From IMG/VR virus record IMGVR_UViG_3300035562_000054, positions 1 to 47,026 of that record: DNA of 47,026 nucleotides, one strand, 5' to 3'. The notes under the pieces were generated by a model that was given only the letters and a program-made list of their open reading frames with translations, was not told the origin of the DNA and made no database searches. Made by a program: the position numbers and the translations under genes. Shown piece after piece: positions 23,488-33,851 of the stretch. Position 1 is the stretch's first letter. Every line of letters begins with the position of its first letter. This DNA is from a virus. Taxonomy: Duplodnaviria > Caudoviricetes.

Positions 23488-25546
23488 GCAACTAAGGCGG
23501 AGCGCCCGGCTCGGCTGGACCCCACCGCCTAGAATCAGCGTCCCAGACTGGGCTGATGATTTTCGCAAGCTCGCCCGCGAGGCGGGCAGCACATCAGGTG
23601 ACTGGGATACATCTACTGTAGAAATTGCGCGTGGCCCAATGATGGCCGTCACTGAGTCTGGTGTTCATATCATTACTGTTATGTGCTGTACGCAGTTGAT
23701 GAAAACCGCGTTATTAGAGAACGTCTTTGGTTATTTCGCTCACCTCGATCCATGTCCTATGTTGCTTTTACAGCCTAAAGAGGATGCCGCCGAGCAGTTT
23801 TCCAAAGAGCGTATTACCCCGATGCTCCGTGTTACACCGGTGCTGCGTAAGTTGGTCGGGGGGACCAAACAGAAGAACTCAAAAGAGACCTTGCTCTATA
23901 AATCGTTCACCGGGGGATTTTTGGCGCTGGCTGGCGCGGGTAGCCCTGATAACCTTGCACGCCGTCCAATACGCGTACTCCTGGCCGATGAGGTGGATAA
24001 ATACCCGATAACCCGTGAAGGGGACCCGATCACTTTGGCTGAGGAGCGAACCGCGACATTTGGCCTTAACTGGCTTTCTATCCGGGCCTGTTCCCCGACC
24101 ATTGAAGATGAAAGCCGTATAGAGGCCAGTTACGCCGACTCCGATCAGCGCCGTGCTTCAATATCCTGTCCAGTGTGTGGCCACCGTCAGTTTCCCGACT
24201 TTTTTAAACATGTTCACTGGGATAAAGAAGGTGGCGAGCACAAGGTAAGTGGCGCAATGCTCCACTGTGAATCATGCGGTGTGGGGTGGTCGGAAGGCCA
24301 ACGTTTAAGGGCGTTGCATACAATTCGCTGGCATCAAACGAAAACGTTTGAGTGTTGCGGCGGCGTTCATATCCCTCTGAATGATTACGATCAGGAATGG
24401 CGTATTAATGATGAGGCGGCGATTGATACCGTTTGGCAGTGGTCTGAATCTGATCGCCATGCTGTATATCGAGCTAAATGTCCGACGTGTGGCCGTCTGG
24501 GTGTTGATAACATCCACGCAGGGTTTCAGGCTGGGAAGCTCTTTAGTCCGTGGCAAAAAGATAAACCCTCGGACATAGCGAAAAAGTACCTCAAAGCGAA
24601 AGGTGATCCAGATAAAGAATTAGCCTGGTGGAATACCCAAATGGGGCTACCACACCGACCGAATCACGGTAAAAAGCTGGCTACCGATATTCTACTAGCG
24701 CGCCGTGAAGTCTTTGAAGCTGAGGTTCCTGACGGGGTGGCAGTGCTGACCGTTGGCATCGATACGCAAGATGATCGCTTTGAACTGGAGGTGGTGGGCT
24801 GGGGGCGTGATGAGGAGTCCTGGTCTGTTGCTTTTGACATTATTGAGGGTGATTTAGAAACGCCGGACCCGTGGCAACGCTTGGATGCGTATCTAAAACA
24901 GGTCTGGCGGCGCGCAGATGGTCGAGGGTTTACGATTATGGCTGCGTGCCATGACTCTGGTGGGCACCATACCCAAAAGGTTTATGAGTTTTGTAAGGAA
25001 AGGCTAGGACGTCGTATCTGGGCTATCAAGGGGGAGTCTGCTGTTGGTGGTAAACGTTCTCCGGTATGGCCAAATAAGAAAACCTCCGCCCGAACCAGAC
25101 GGACATTTCGCCCGATCATTATCGGGGTTAACGCGGCGAAAGACTCTATCCGGTCCCGTCTTCACATTGAAAAGGCGGGTCCGGGTTATATGCACTTTTC
25201 TGTAGATCGCGATCTGGTGTACTTCTCCCAGCTTACGGCCGAGCGCTTAGTTATTAAAGACTCTGGTGGCCAGCGTTACAGCACATGGGAGCTACCGAAG
25301 GGCAAAGCTAACGAAGCGTTAGACTGTCGGGTTTATGCGTATGCGGCGTTGTGTGGCCTCTTCCACATGGGGTTAAAACTCAATGCCCGCGCCAGCATTA
25401 TCGACGCGGAGCCATCCAGAGTGCTGCTTGACCCCTCGACTCAACCAGAAGAAAAACCATCCTTACAGTTTCCCGGCTCAGGGGTTCTCATACAGGTTGA
25501 TGGCGAAGAGAAGCCTAAAACGCGCATTTCACATCGTTTAGCCTAA
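23429..25546 (+). CDS. Terminase large subunit (lambda GpA family)
   Basis: Q..KT Walker A, LLADEVD Walker B, SPT, GID.QDDR and NEALDC.VYA motifs. Confidence 0.95.
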   Translation: MSINILPDSESPNLTPSKIEQLRRSARLGWTPPPRISVPDWADDFRKLAREAGSTSGDWDTSTVEIARGPMMAVTESGVHIITVMCCTQLMKTALLENVFGYFAHLDPCPMLLLQPKEDAAEQFSKERITPMLRVTPVLRKLVGGTKQKNSKETLLYKSFTGGFLALAGAGSPDNLARRPIRVLLADEVDKYPITREGDPITLAEERTATFGLNWLSIRACSPTIEDESRIEASYADSDQRRASISCPVCGHRQFPDFFKHVHWDKEGGEHKVSGAMLHCESCGVGWSEGQRLRALHTIRWHQTKTFECCGGVHIPLNDYDQEWRINDEAAIDTVWQWSESDRHAVYRAKCPTCGRLGVDNIHAGFQAGKLFSPWQKDKPSDIAKKYLKAKGDPDKELAWWNTQMGLPHRPNHGKKLATDILLARREVFEAEVPDGVAVLTVGIDTQDDRFELEVVGWGRDEESWSVAFDIIEGDLETPDPWQRLDAYLKQVWRRADGRGFTIMAACHDSGGHHTQKVYEFCKERLGRRIWAIKGESAVGGKRSPVWPNKKTSARTRRTFRPIIIGVNAAKDSIRSRLHIEKAGPGYMHFSVDRDLVYFSQLTAERLVIKDSGGQRYSTWELPKGKANEALDCRVYAYAALCGLFHMGLKLNARASIIDAEPSRVLLDPSTQPEEKPSLQFPGSGVLIQVDGEEKPKTRISHRLA

Positions 25547-25555
25547 AGGAATCTT

Positions 25556-25816
25556 ATGTTTAGACCTAATAACAGCGTGCTAGCTGGGATGACTAACGCC
25601 CAATTACAAGACGCATTGAATGCGGCTCAGGCGGCATATGTCAATTTAATGACCGGCCAACAGGGCGTTTCGTTCTCATACGCGCAAGGTGACGGGACCC
25701 GATCGGTTACCTATCAACAAACGTCATTACCTCAGCTGATGGCTTTTATCCAATTGCTACAGACTCAGTTAGGGATAGTAACTCGGCCGCGTAGGCCGAT
25801 AAGGTTTCGTTTCTGA
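25556..25816 (+). CDS. Head-tail joining protein (gpW-like)
   Basis: L..AQ.AY..L.TG.......DG.RSVTY....L..L..FI..L...LG pattern; lies between terminase and portal. Confidence 0.85.
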   Translation: MFRPNNSVLAGMTNAQLQDALNAAQAAYVNLMTGQQGVSFSYAQGDGTRSVTYQQTSLPQLMAFIQLLQTQLGIVTRPRRPIRFRF

Positions 25817-27444
25817 TGGTTCAGATACTTGGTCCAAATGGGAAGCCGCTACCCCCATCTAAGGGGCGTAACCTGGCATTAAACGGTTACAGCGAAACCC
25901 CCTATGATGCGGCCAGCGCTTATAGTTCGGAGTTGGCCAACTGGGTCCCTTACCTGGGATCGCCTGATAATGAGATAAATAACTACCGGGATCGTATTGT
26001 TTCACGCGTTCGCGATTTGGTCCGTAATGATGGTTGGGCCAGCGGTGGTGTCACCCGAATTCTTGATAACGCTGTAGGGGCTGTATTCCGACCCATCGTC
26101 AAGCCGGACTATCGCGCCCTGGCATTCTATACAGGAAACAAATCGTTTGATGCGACCTGGGCCGATGAGTATGGCCGGGCTGTTGAAGCGGCGTATCGTA
26201 CCTGGTCAACCGGCGAGGGGCGATATTGTGATGTTGAGCGAAAGCTCACAGTATCCCAAATGCTCAGGTTGGCATTCCGTCACAAACTTATCGATGGTGA
26301 CGCGCTGGCTGTTCTGCAATTCAGAGGGGATCGCATTGGGTTAGGGCGTGCGCATTTTGCAACAACTATCCAGATAGTTGATCCGGATCGGCTGAGTAAC
26401 CCCCAACAGCAATTTGATTTAGAGCATATCAGAGGGGGCGTTGAACTCGATGACGATGGCGCGCCGGTGGCGTACCACATACGCAAAGCTCACGTTGGTG
26501 ATTGGTGGGCGGCCGCTGACTCGATGACATGGGAAAGGGTTGAGCGTGAAACGTCCTGGGGGCGTCCTGTCGTGATCCATGACTTTGACCATGACCGGGC
26601 ATCACAACATAGGGGAACCGGTATTTTTACGCCGGTCGTTCAGCGGTTAAAAATGCTGGTTAAGTACGATGCAACAGAATTAGAAGCTGCAATTTTAAAC
26701 TCGATATTTGGGGCTTACATCGAGTCACCCTATGATCCACAGTTAGTGGAGCAAGCTATGGGGACCAGCGTTGAAGATATCGCCAGTTATCAGGATATGC
26801 GCAAAGATTTTCATAATGACCGCCGTTTAACACTTAACAACGGTGTGAGAATGCCAATCACATTCCCTGGTGAAAAAATAGTAACGGTCAGTGCTGCTCG
26901 GCCAAATAATAATTTTCCTGCATTTGAATCTGCTGTTCTGCGTAACACATCTTCTGCATTAGGTATTTCAGAATCACAGTTAACTCAGGACTGGTCGAAA
27001 GTTAACTATAGCTCTGCGCGTTCCGCACTTCTTGAGGCGTGGAAAACGCTTTCTCGACGTCGTATTGATTTTGCTACCGGTTTTGCTCAACCCATATTAG
27101 GCGCGTTTATTGAGGAACTACACGATACGGTAGATCTCCCGCTTCCTGCTGGGGCTCCTGAATTCCTCGAGTGTCGCACGGCGTATAGCCGCGCTCAGTG
27201 GATGGGGCCTGGTCGTGGCTGGGTTGATCCTGTTGCTGAGAAAAAAGGCGCTATTTTGGGGATGGATGCTGGTTTGTCCACGCTTGAAATTGAGTGCTCT
27301 GAAAACGTGGGCGAGGACTGGGAGGACCTTCTTGATCAGCGTGCGCGTGAAATCGAAGCATTGAAAGAGCGTGGTTTACCATTGCCAGAGTGGGCCATAA
27401 GCCAGGACGCCGAACAAACCATTAAGGAACCGGAGGAACAGTGA
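25816..27444 (+). CDS. Portal protein, lambda family
   Basis: R.RDLVRND, D.S.VNYSSAR and WVDP..E motifs. Confidence 0.95.
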   Translation: MVQILGPNGKPLPPSKGRNLALNGYSETPYDAASAYSSELANWVPYLGSPDNEINNYRDRIVSRVRDLVRNDGWASGGVTRILDNAVGAVFRPIVKPDYRALAFYTGNKSFDATWADEYGRAVEAAYRTWSTGEGRYCDVERKLTVSQMLRLAFRHKLIDGDALAVLQFRGDRIGLGRAHFATTIQIVDPDRLSNPQQQFDLEHIRGGVELDDDGAPVAYHIRKAHVGDWWAAADSMTWERVERETSWGRPVVIHDFDHDRASQHRGTGIFTPVVQRLKMLVKYDATELEAAILNSIFGAYIESPYDPQLVEQAMGTSVEDIASYQDMRKDFHNDRRLTLNNGVRMPITFPGEKIVTVSAARPNNNFPAFESAVLRNTSSALGISESQLTQDWSKVNYSSARSALLEAWKTLSRRRIDFATGFAQPILGAFIEELHDTVDLPLPAGAPEFLECRTAYSRAQWMGPGRGWVDPVAEKKGAILGMDAGLSTLEIECSENVGEDWEDLLDQRAREIEALKERGLPLPEWAISQDAEQTIKEPEEQ

Positions 27445-28301
27445 AACAGCTCCCTCATATTGCCCAGCATTTGTTTAATACCCCGCTCATTATCCATCCC
27501 AAAAAAGCCGAAGTGATTATAGCCGCATTAACTGAGCGGTTAGGGATCACTCGTATTGATGGGGCCGGGGCTTGGTATGACGATGATGAGCCATTTACGC
27601 GGAAAGGGCGTCAGTCCGATAGTGGCTATGACCTTGTTGACGGGATCGCCATCATTCCTATTCAGGGAACGTTAGTGCAGAAGTTAGGGACGTTGCGGCC
27701 CTGGTCCGGGATGACGGGTTATGACGGCATTCGGCAAAGTTTTATTACGGCCGTAAATGACCCGGAGGTTAAAGGGATTTGCCTGGATATAGATTCCCCT
27801 GGCGGTGAGGTGGCCGGTTGTTTTGACCTGGCTGACGAAATTTACGCGGCACGCGGGGTTAAGCCTATTCGAGCGATCCTTACTGAGTCCGCCTATTCGG
27901 CCGCATATGCCATTGCCAGCGCGGCGGACCATATTTCCGTACCTCGTACCGGTGGTGTGGGGTCAATCGGCGTTATTTTGATGCATGTCGACTGGTCTCA
28001 AAAACTGGAAAAGGATGGAGTGAAAGTAACCATTGTGACATTCGGTGATCGCAAAGGTGAAACAAGCCCCATGATCCCGCTTAGCGATCAGGCCCGTGAC
28101 GGGCTACAGGCTGAGATTGATGAAATTGGGGCGCTATTTGTCAGTACCGTGGCGCGAAATCGCCGTATTTCAGCTGATGCCGTGCGCAATACACAGGCTG
28201 GGGTTTATCTGGCAGTCGACGGGGTATCCCTCGGGCTGGCTGATGTTGTAACGCCGCCTGATGCGGCTTTTCGTGACTTTCTAAACTTGATTAAGGATTA
28301 A
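27441..28301 (+). CDS. Prohead protease, S49 family
   Basis: DIDSPGGEV, AYSAAYAIAS and GSIGV motifs. Confidence 0.93.
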   Translation: MKQLPHIAQHLFNTPLIIHPKKAEVIIAALTERLGITRIDGAGAWYDDDEPFTRKGRQSDSGYDLVDGIAIIPIQGTLVQKLGTLRPWSGMTGYDGIRQSFITAVNDPEVKGICLDIDSPGGEVAGCFDLADEIYAARGVKPIRAILTESAYSAAYAIASAADHISVPRTGGVGSIGVILMHVDWSQKLEKDGVKVTIVTFGDRKGETSPMIPLSDQARDGLQAEIDEIGALFVSTVARNRRISADAVRNTQAGVYLAVDGVSLGLADVVTPPDAAFRDFLNLIKD

Positions 28302-28303
28302 CT

Positions 28304-28915
28304 ATGAATAAGTTTTCATTTGCTCATTTACTGGGCCTGAATAAATCGGCTAAGGCTTCTCGCGCCGAAGAGGAAGAGGAAGAAAGAGACGCCGAGGAAG
28401 AAGAGGAGAATGAAGAGGATGAGGACGGTAAATCGTCCAAAAAAGGGAAAAAGGCTAATGATGACAAGGATGACCCCGACTCCGAGGAAGATAATGATGA
28501 TCCCGACGCGGAGGAGGATGACGACGATCCAGATGCTGAGGGCGACGACGATGACCCAGACGCCGAAGAGGACGAAAACAAAGATGTGAAAAAAGGCCGC
28601 AAGGCTGAGCGTGAGCGTTGTTCCGCTATTTTCGGTAGTAAACATGCGGCCGGCCGTCCTGATTTAGCGGCTACCCTGGCATTTACTACCCGCTTATCTG
28701 CAAAAGAAGCGATCAGGGTTATGCGTGCTAATGGGCGAACTGTTTCGATGACCCTGATGGAAACAACTGGACCCAAGCGTAAAACGCTTCAAGAACGTAT
28801 GGGCACCGTTAAACAACCAAGAGTTGGGGCCAATGGCGGTAAGAGCGGCGGTGGCAGTGTAGCCGACCAAATGAAGAGCCTTTATAACCATGCTACTGGG
28901 AGTGCTAAAAAATGA
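28304..28915 (+). CDS. Acidic putative scaffolding protein
   Basis: Lies between protease and decoration gene; E/D-rich repeats followed by AERERC.AI, as in Nu3-like scaffolds. Confidence 0.65.
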   Translation: MNKFSFAHLLGLNKSAKASRAEEEEEERDAEEEEENEEDEDGKSSKKGKKANDDKDDPDSEEDNDDPDAEEDDDDPDAEGDDDDPDAEEDENKDVKKGRKAERERCSAIFGSKHAAGRPDLAATLAFTTRLSAKEAIRVMRANGRTVSMTLMETTGPKRKTLQERMGTVKQPRVGANGGKSGGGSVADQMKSLYNHATGSAKK

Positions 28916-29316
28916 CTGTGAATCAATTTGGCGATAATCCGTGGAGACCGGGTGTTGTTCAGGATGCTTACGTCCCTGATCAGCTTGTCAGCGGCCCTCT
29001 CCAGCTTGTTACCGATACTGTTATCATTACCGGTGCTAAAGCCTATGGGCGTGGGACCGTTATGGGGGTAATTACCGCGAGCGGTAAATACCAAATTAGC
29101 GTTAAAACGGCGACTGATGGTAGTGAAGTTCCGAGCGCTATTCTGGTCGATGACGTTGACGCGACGGCGGGTGATATTAACGGTGGCGTTTATTTGATGG
29201 GTGAATTTAACGGCCATCGAATGATTTTGGATGCTTCCTGGACGTTGGCCACTGTCACCCCAGTATTACGCCAATCCAGTATTTTTGTCCGCTCTGTCGT
29301 GCAAAACGACGTTTAA
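28912..29316 (+). CDS. Head decoration protein (gpD-like)
   Basis: RGTVMG....SGKY......A.DGSE.P.AIL..D.DA...D....VY..GEFN. Confidence 0.88.
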   Translation: MTVNQFGDNPWRPGVVQDAYVPDQLVSGPLQLVTDTVIITGAKAYGRGTVMGVITASGKYQISVKTATDGSEVPSAILVDDVDATAGDINGGVYLMGEFNGHRMILDASWTLATVTPVLRQSSIFVRSVVQNDV

Positions 29317-29396
29317 TTTAAATACGACCACTTAATTTATCATCCGCTAAATAATTTATTTAGTGACGGTATTCTATTTTTTAAAAGGTAAACATC

Positions 29397-30449
29397 GTGA
29401 ATATTTTTGACACGTCGACTTTAATTCAGGTCGTGCCGAATTTAAAAATCGCGCAAAACTTCTTGCTTGATCGCTTTTTCCCTAATGTGGTGACGTCAGA
29501 CACAGAAGAGGTTGCTATTGACGTTGATGTAGGTTTGCGCCGTATGGCCCCGTTTTGCTCTCCGCTGGTGGAAGGGAAGATGGTTGAGAGCCGTCGCTAT
29601 CAAACAAACCGATTTAAACCGGCATATATCAAAGACAAGCGCGCCCCTGATTTGCGTAAACCGATCCGCCGTCAAATTGGCGAGCGGATTGGTGGGGAGT
29701 ACACCCCAGCTCAGCGCGCCATGCTCAATCTACAGTTTGAAATGGCAGACCAGATTGACATGTTAAACCGCCGCCTCGAATGGATGGCCTCATCAGCCAT
29801 GCAAACGGGCAAAGTAACTATTGTTGGCGAAGGTTTCCCGACTACCGTCATTGATTTTGGTCGTGATCCAGCCCTCACAGTGGCCCTTACCGGTAGTAGT
29901 GCGTGGCCTTTAACTGTTCCTGCTGGCGCAGATAATACAATCCCAACGGATTGTATTGAGCAATGGCAAGCGACTGTCTTACAAAAGTCGGGTGTCGTTT
30001 GTACAGATATCGTTTTCACTAATAAGTCATGGGCGGCCTTTAAGAAAGATACCACGCTAAAAGATAGCGCGATCATCCTTCCTGCTCAGAACTCGTCCGG
30101 TAACATCGTTAATCCTGGCGCTCAAATTATGCCTGGTGCAATTTTGAAAGGCACATGGGGTAGCTACACGCTCTGGCTTTATAACGACTGGTTTATTGAT
30201 GATCTGAGCGGCGTTGAGACCCCCATGATTACTGATGGAATGGTTATCATGAGTGGCCCACAAATGCAGGGAACGCGCGCATTTGGTGCGATTTTGGATG
30301 ATGCATTTAACTATGGACCGATGGCATACGCACCAAAAACATGGGTGAAAGAGGACCCAGGCCAGCGTCAATTGCTGATGCAATCCGCGCCGATCGTCAT
30401 TCCTAGCCAGGTTAACGGCTGTCTGGCTGCAATGGTTATTGATAACTAA
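29397..30449 (+). CDS. Major capsid protein (lambda gpE family)
   Basis: FLLDRFFP, MAPF.SP..EG, F.PAYIK.K, R.EWMA and QSAP motifs. Confidence 0.95.
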   Translation: MNIFDTSTLIQVVPNLKIAQNFLLDRFFPNVVTSDTEEVAIDVDVGLRRMAPFCSPLVEGKMVESRRYQTNRFKPAYIKDKRAPDLRKPIRRQIGERIGGEYTPAQRAMLNLQFEMADQIDMLNRRLEWMASSAMQTGKVTIVGEGFPTTVIDFGRDPALTVALTGSSAWPLTVPAGADNTIPTDCIEQWQATVLQKSGVVCTDIVFTNKSWAAFKKDTTLKDSAIILPAQNSSGNIVNPGAQIMPGAILKGTWGSYTLWLYNDWFIDDLSGVETPMITDGMVIMSGPQMQGTRAFGAILDDAFNYGPMAYAPKTWVKEDPGQRQLLMQSAPIVIPSQVNGCLAAMVIDN

Positions 30450-30460
30450 GGTGAATAGCT

Positions 30461-30904
30461 ATGGCCCAAAAAAGCAAAGACCAGAAGCAAGCTGGGGGGG
30501 AGTCTATTAATGACCTTAAAGAAGGTGATTATTTAGACCCTGATTTAGGTCTGAACCCAGCGCCAGAGCCTGACCCAGCGCCAGAGCCTGACCCAGCGCC
30601 AGAGCCTGACCCAGCGCCGGAACCTGACCCAGCGCCGGAACCTGACCCAGCGCCGGAGCCAATCCCATCGAAGGATTCAGGGTACATCGCAGTCGTGGTT
30701 ACTGGAGCGACGTTGAACCATAACGGTGTTGAATATACACATTCACGCACGGTAAAACTTCCTCGCGGAACGGCCGAGCGCTTGACAGCAATTGGGTTAG
30801 TAAAACCTTTATCTGTGTTGCGTCAGGAGCTAGCCGCCCAGGATACAGCGGGCTTGTCCATTACTACTGATGCTGGTGGCGTAGAGATTTTCACAGGGGG
30901 GTAA
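30461..30904 (+). CDS. Head-associated protein (gpFI position) with PAPEPD repeats
   Basis: Directly follows the capsid gene; contains a 6x hexapeptide repeat. Confidence 0.65.
   Translation: MAQKSKDQKQAGGESINDLKEGDYLDPDLGLNPAPEPDPAPEPDPAPEPDPAPEPDPAPEPDPAPEPIPSKDSGYIAVVVTGATLNHNGVEYTHSRTVKLPRGTAERLTAIGLVKPLSVLRQELAAQDTAGLSITTDAGGVEIFTGG
30554..30661 (+). repeat. 18-bp tandem repeat, 6 copies
   Basis: Units of GACCCAGCGCC(A/G)GA(G/A)CCT. Confidence 0.95.
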
Positions 30905-30907
30905 CCC

Positions 30908-31231
30908 GTGATTAATTGGGATGAAAAACTACTTGCTCCACTCCAACGGGTATTTGGACAACCAATAAACTACCGTCCCAAAAATGGTGTTGCTTTTGAT
31001 ACTGAGGGGATTTTTGATCGCCCCTATTCAAAAGAGTTTGAAACGCTTGATGGCTCGTCAGAAATAAACACAACCTCACCCATTATAGGTGTGAGGTTGA
31101 GCCAGTTTTTGCGGGAACCCAAGCAAGGTGATCGGTTGTTTATTTATTCAGATAACACGCTTTATGTGGTGTCTGATGTTCAACCCGATTCTCATGGAGG
31201 CGTAAAGTTAATACTTAACGTGTGCAAATAA
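30908..31231 (+). CDS. Head-tail joining protein (gpFII-like)
   Basis: GIFD, P.QGD.L and Y.V.DV.PD..G...L.L motifs, plus synteny. Confidence 0.75.
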   Translation: MINWDEKLLAPLQRVFGQPINYRPKNGVAFDTEGIFDRPYSKEFETLDGSSEINTTSPIIGVRLSQFLREPKQGDRLFIYSDNTLYVVSDVQPDSHGGVKLILNVCK

Positions 31232-31232
31232 T

Positions 31233-31778
31233 ATGGATTCAATAGAGGTCAGAAATTTAGCTGTTCTCGCGTTAAAAGATAATACGGACGCAGAGGAGAG
31301 GGTTTACTCTCCTCGCGATTGGTCTACCCGTAGTGATCTTTTCCCGTTGATACTCATTCAGACGCACTCTGACGATAAAAAGGGCATTGATAGAAACGTT
31401 CCTAAATTCAATACCACAACAACTTTACGCATAACGGCACGGGTTGAGGAGTTTGACGGCGAGTCGAATGAAGATGGGGCGATGAATGCTGAGGTTAAAT
31501 TAGAGGAGTTGCAGGAACAGATATTAAAATCTCTGATTAATAGTTATGAACTAACCCGCAGGATTCAGAAATATTCCTCTGTCTCATCGAGAGTAGATAT
31601 TGATTCAAGCGGTGAGGGTCATATTGGTCAGCTGTTAATGTTGGTTTCTGTTGAGTACTTTCAGGGGCCGGATGATTTTTATCCTGTCATTTCAGATGAT
31701 CTTAAAGAAGTTGATATTACGTTAGTTATGCCAGATGGAACAACTCAACCAAAAGTCAAAATCAACTTTGAGGGTTAA
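31233..31778 (+). CDS. Tail terminator/completion protein
   Basis: T.A..RVY..R.W.......P.IL pattern; position before the sheath gene. Confidence 0.6.
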   Translation: MDSIEVRNLAVLALKDNTDAEERVYSPRDWSTRSDLFPLILIQTHSDDKKGIDRNVPKFNTTTTLRITARVEEFDGESNEDGAMNAEVKLEELQEQILKSLINSYELTRRIQKYSSVSSRVDIDSSGEGHIGQLLMLVSVEYFQGPDDFYPVISDDLKEVDITLVMPDGTTQPKVKINFEG

Positions 31779-31782
31779 ATTT

Positions 31783-31959
31783 ATGTTCGTTAAACCAAGA
31801 GAGGGTTGCGAAGTTCGCGATCCGTTTAAACGTACATTATTGCCGAAAGAGGGGGCTGAGGTTTCAGACAGCGATCCTTTTTGGCAACGTCGTGTCCGTG
31901 ATCAAGATGTTATTTTAGTAACTAAAAAAGAAAATAAGCCGAAAGGGGGTGATAAATGA
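31783..31959 (+). CDS. DUF2635 family protein (Mu gp38-like)
   Basis: MFVKP..G..VRDP....LLP.EGAEV.....FW.RR..D.DV. Confidence 0.85.
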   Translation: MFVKPREGCEVRDPFKRTLLPKEGAEVSDSDPFWQRRVRDQDVILVTKKENKPKGGDK

Positions 31960-33464
31960 TCCCTTTTCAGAATGTGCCAAGTAATTTAAGAACGCCATTG
32001 TTTTTTGCTGAGGTTGATAACTCTCAAGCAAATACCGCCACCGTAAATCAAAATACATTGATTGTAGGACAAATGCTAAAAACAGGAACGGCAACCGCTG
32101 ACGAGTCTGTTATTTGTTCCAGTTTGGCAAATGCTAAGGTCCTTTGTGGTCAGGGCTCTATGCTGGCGGCTATGATGGATGTGTATTTACAAAATGACAG
32201 TAGCGGAACTATTTACCTGTTGCCGGTGGCTGATGCTGCTACCGGAATGACGGGGGCGGAAGGTAAATTAACCATTACTGGTGTTCCGACCGCCAACGGA
32301 GTTATCTCACTCTATATTGCTGGGCTTCGGGTACAGGTTGCCGTTGTTCCAACAGATACCAGCGCCGTTATTGGTGGTGCTATCGTGACGGCAATTAGCA
32401 CAAACGCTGACCTTCCTGTTACTGCTGAATTGGTTACAGGGGAAGAAGGTGATCCCATTCAGGTTAAGTTAAAAGCTAAAAATCTCGGTGTGCTGGGCAA
32501 TACCATTGATATTCGTCTCAACTATCTTGGGGCCAGTGGTGGAGAATATTCGCCTCCAGGTGTAGATATTGCGATTGTAAAAATGACGGGTGGGGTTGGA
32601 TCTCCTGATTTATCGACGGCACTGGCCAGTCTGCACGATACCAATTATGACTTTATCGTTTTCCCGTATGATGACACGACGTCGCTTGATGCCGTTCGTG
32701 ACTTTCTCAATGATCAAACTGGCCGCTGGAGCTATAGTCAGCAAACTTATGGCCATGCCTTTTGTGCAACGTCCGGGACATACGGTGTACTCACCTCAAA
32801 AGGAGAAGGACGAAACGACCAGCACGCTTCTCTGATGGGGGTGAATGACTCCCCGTCCCCGTCATATGCCTGGTCCGCAGGTTATGCGGGAGCCAGTGCG
32901 GTTAGCTTACGTAATGATCCCGGCCGCCCGCTACAGACTCTGGTTGTTCGTGGCGTACTGGCTCCCCCAATGACGTCACGTTTTTCACTGACAGAACGGA
33001 ATACGCTGTTATATAGCGGCATTTCAACGTTTACCGTGCAGGCTGATGACTCCGTTCAAATTGAGAACGTGATCACTACATATCAATTAAACGGCTATGG
33101 CCAGCCGGACGACAGCTATTTGCAGGTTGAGACGTTGTTTTTACTGATGTTCTGTATGCGGGACATGCGTTCGATCGTCACGTCTAAATTTGGCCGCGTG
33201 AAGTTAGCCAGGGATGGGACGCGATTTGCGCCAGGTTCAGCCCTTGTTACACCATCGACAATTAAGGCTGAATTGATTGCTGAGTATCAGTCTCTGGAAT
33301 GGCAAGGCTATGTTCAGGACAGTAAAGGTTTTGCGGCCGGTTTGATTGTTGAACCGAACGCGAGTAACCCAAATCGTGTGGACGTCCTGTGGGATGGCAT
33401 TCTGATAAACCAGCTTCGTATTTTTGCCGTGCTGGCTCAATTCCGCTTACAACCATCATCATAA
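31956..33464 (+). CDS. Tail sheath protein (Mu gpL-like)
   Basis: F..VPSNLRTPLFFAEVDNS, DP.RPLQTL and ITTYQ.N.YG..DDSYL motifs. Confidence 0.95.
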   Translation: MIPFQNVPSNLRTPLFFAEVDNSQANTATVNQNTLIVGQMLKTGTATADESVICSSLANAKVLCGQGSMLAAMMDVYLQNDSSGTIYLLPVADAATGMTGAEGKLTITGVPTANGVISLYIAGLRVQVAVVPTDTSAVIGGAIVTAISTNADLPVTAELVTGEEGDPIQVKLKAKNLGVLGNTIDIRLNYLGASGGEYSPPGVDIAIVKMTGGVGSPDLSTALASLHDTNYDFIVFPYDDTTSLDAVRDFLNDQTGRWSYSQQTYGHAFCATSGTYGVLTSKGEGRNDQHASLMGVNDSPSPSYAWSAGYAGASAVSLRNDPGRPLQTLVVRGVLAPPMTSRFSLTERNTLLYSGISTFTVQADDSVQIENVITTYQLNGYGQPDDSYLQVETLFLLMFCMRDMRSIVTSKFGRVKLARDGTRFAPGSALVTPSTIKAELIAEYQSLEWQGYVQDSKGFAAGLIVEPNASNPNRVDVLWDGILINQLRIFAVLAQFRLQPSS

Positions 33465-33480
33465 TATTTAAGGGTCTGTT

Positions 33481-33849
33481 ATGGCTGATACAACCGGTTT
33501 GCTCGCGGGGACCGCTTATGTAACTGTTGATGGTTTAACAGTTATGGTCGAGGGTTCGTTTAAATATAAACCCACTCGTGTTAAACGTGAAACACTAACC
33601 GGAATGGATGGTGTTCACGGTTACAAAGAAAAACCCTCCGCAGGGTCTATTTCAATGTCATTGCGTGACAGTCGTGGAACGTCTGTTATTGGCTTTAACA
33701 ATCAAACTAATGTCACTGTAGTTGCTCAGTTAGCCAACGGGAAAACTATTATTGGTAGTAATATGTGGACCGTCGATGAGCAGGAAGTGGATTCCGAGGA
33801 TGCGAAGTTTGATGTTAAGTGGGAAGGTCTTTCGGTTACGGAGAATTAA
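33481..33849 (+). CDS. Tail tube protein (Mu gpM-like)
   Basis: AGTAYVTVDG...RETLTGMDGVHGYKEKP...LANGK. Confidence 0.92.
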   Translation: MADTTGLLAGTAYVTVDGLTVMVEGSFKYKPTRVKRETLTGMDGVHGYKEKPSAGSISMSLRDSRGTSVIGFNNQTNVTVVAQLANGKTIIGSNMWTVDEQEVDSEDAKFDVKWEGLSVTEN

Positions 33850-33851
33850 TT

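Noticed and set aside
28324-30750. Ser-rich and GAGSGS-repeat ORFs on the minus strand
   Set aside because: Antisense translations of the acidic and PAPEPD repeats in real head genes.
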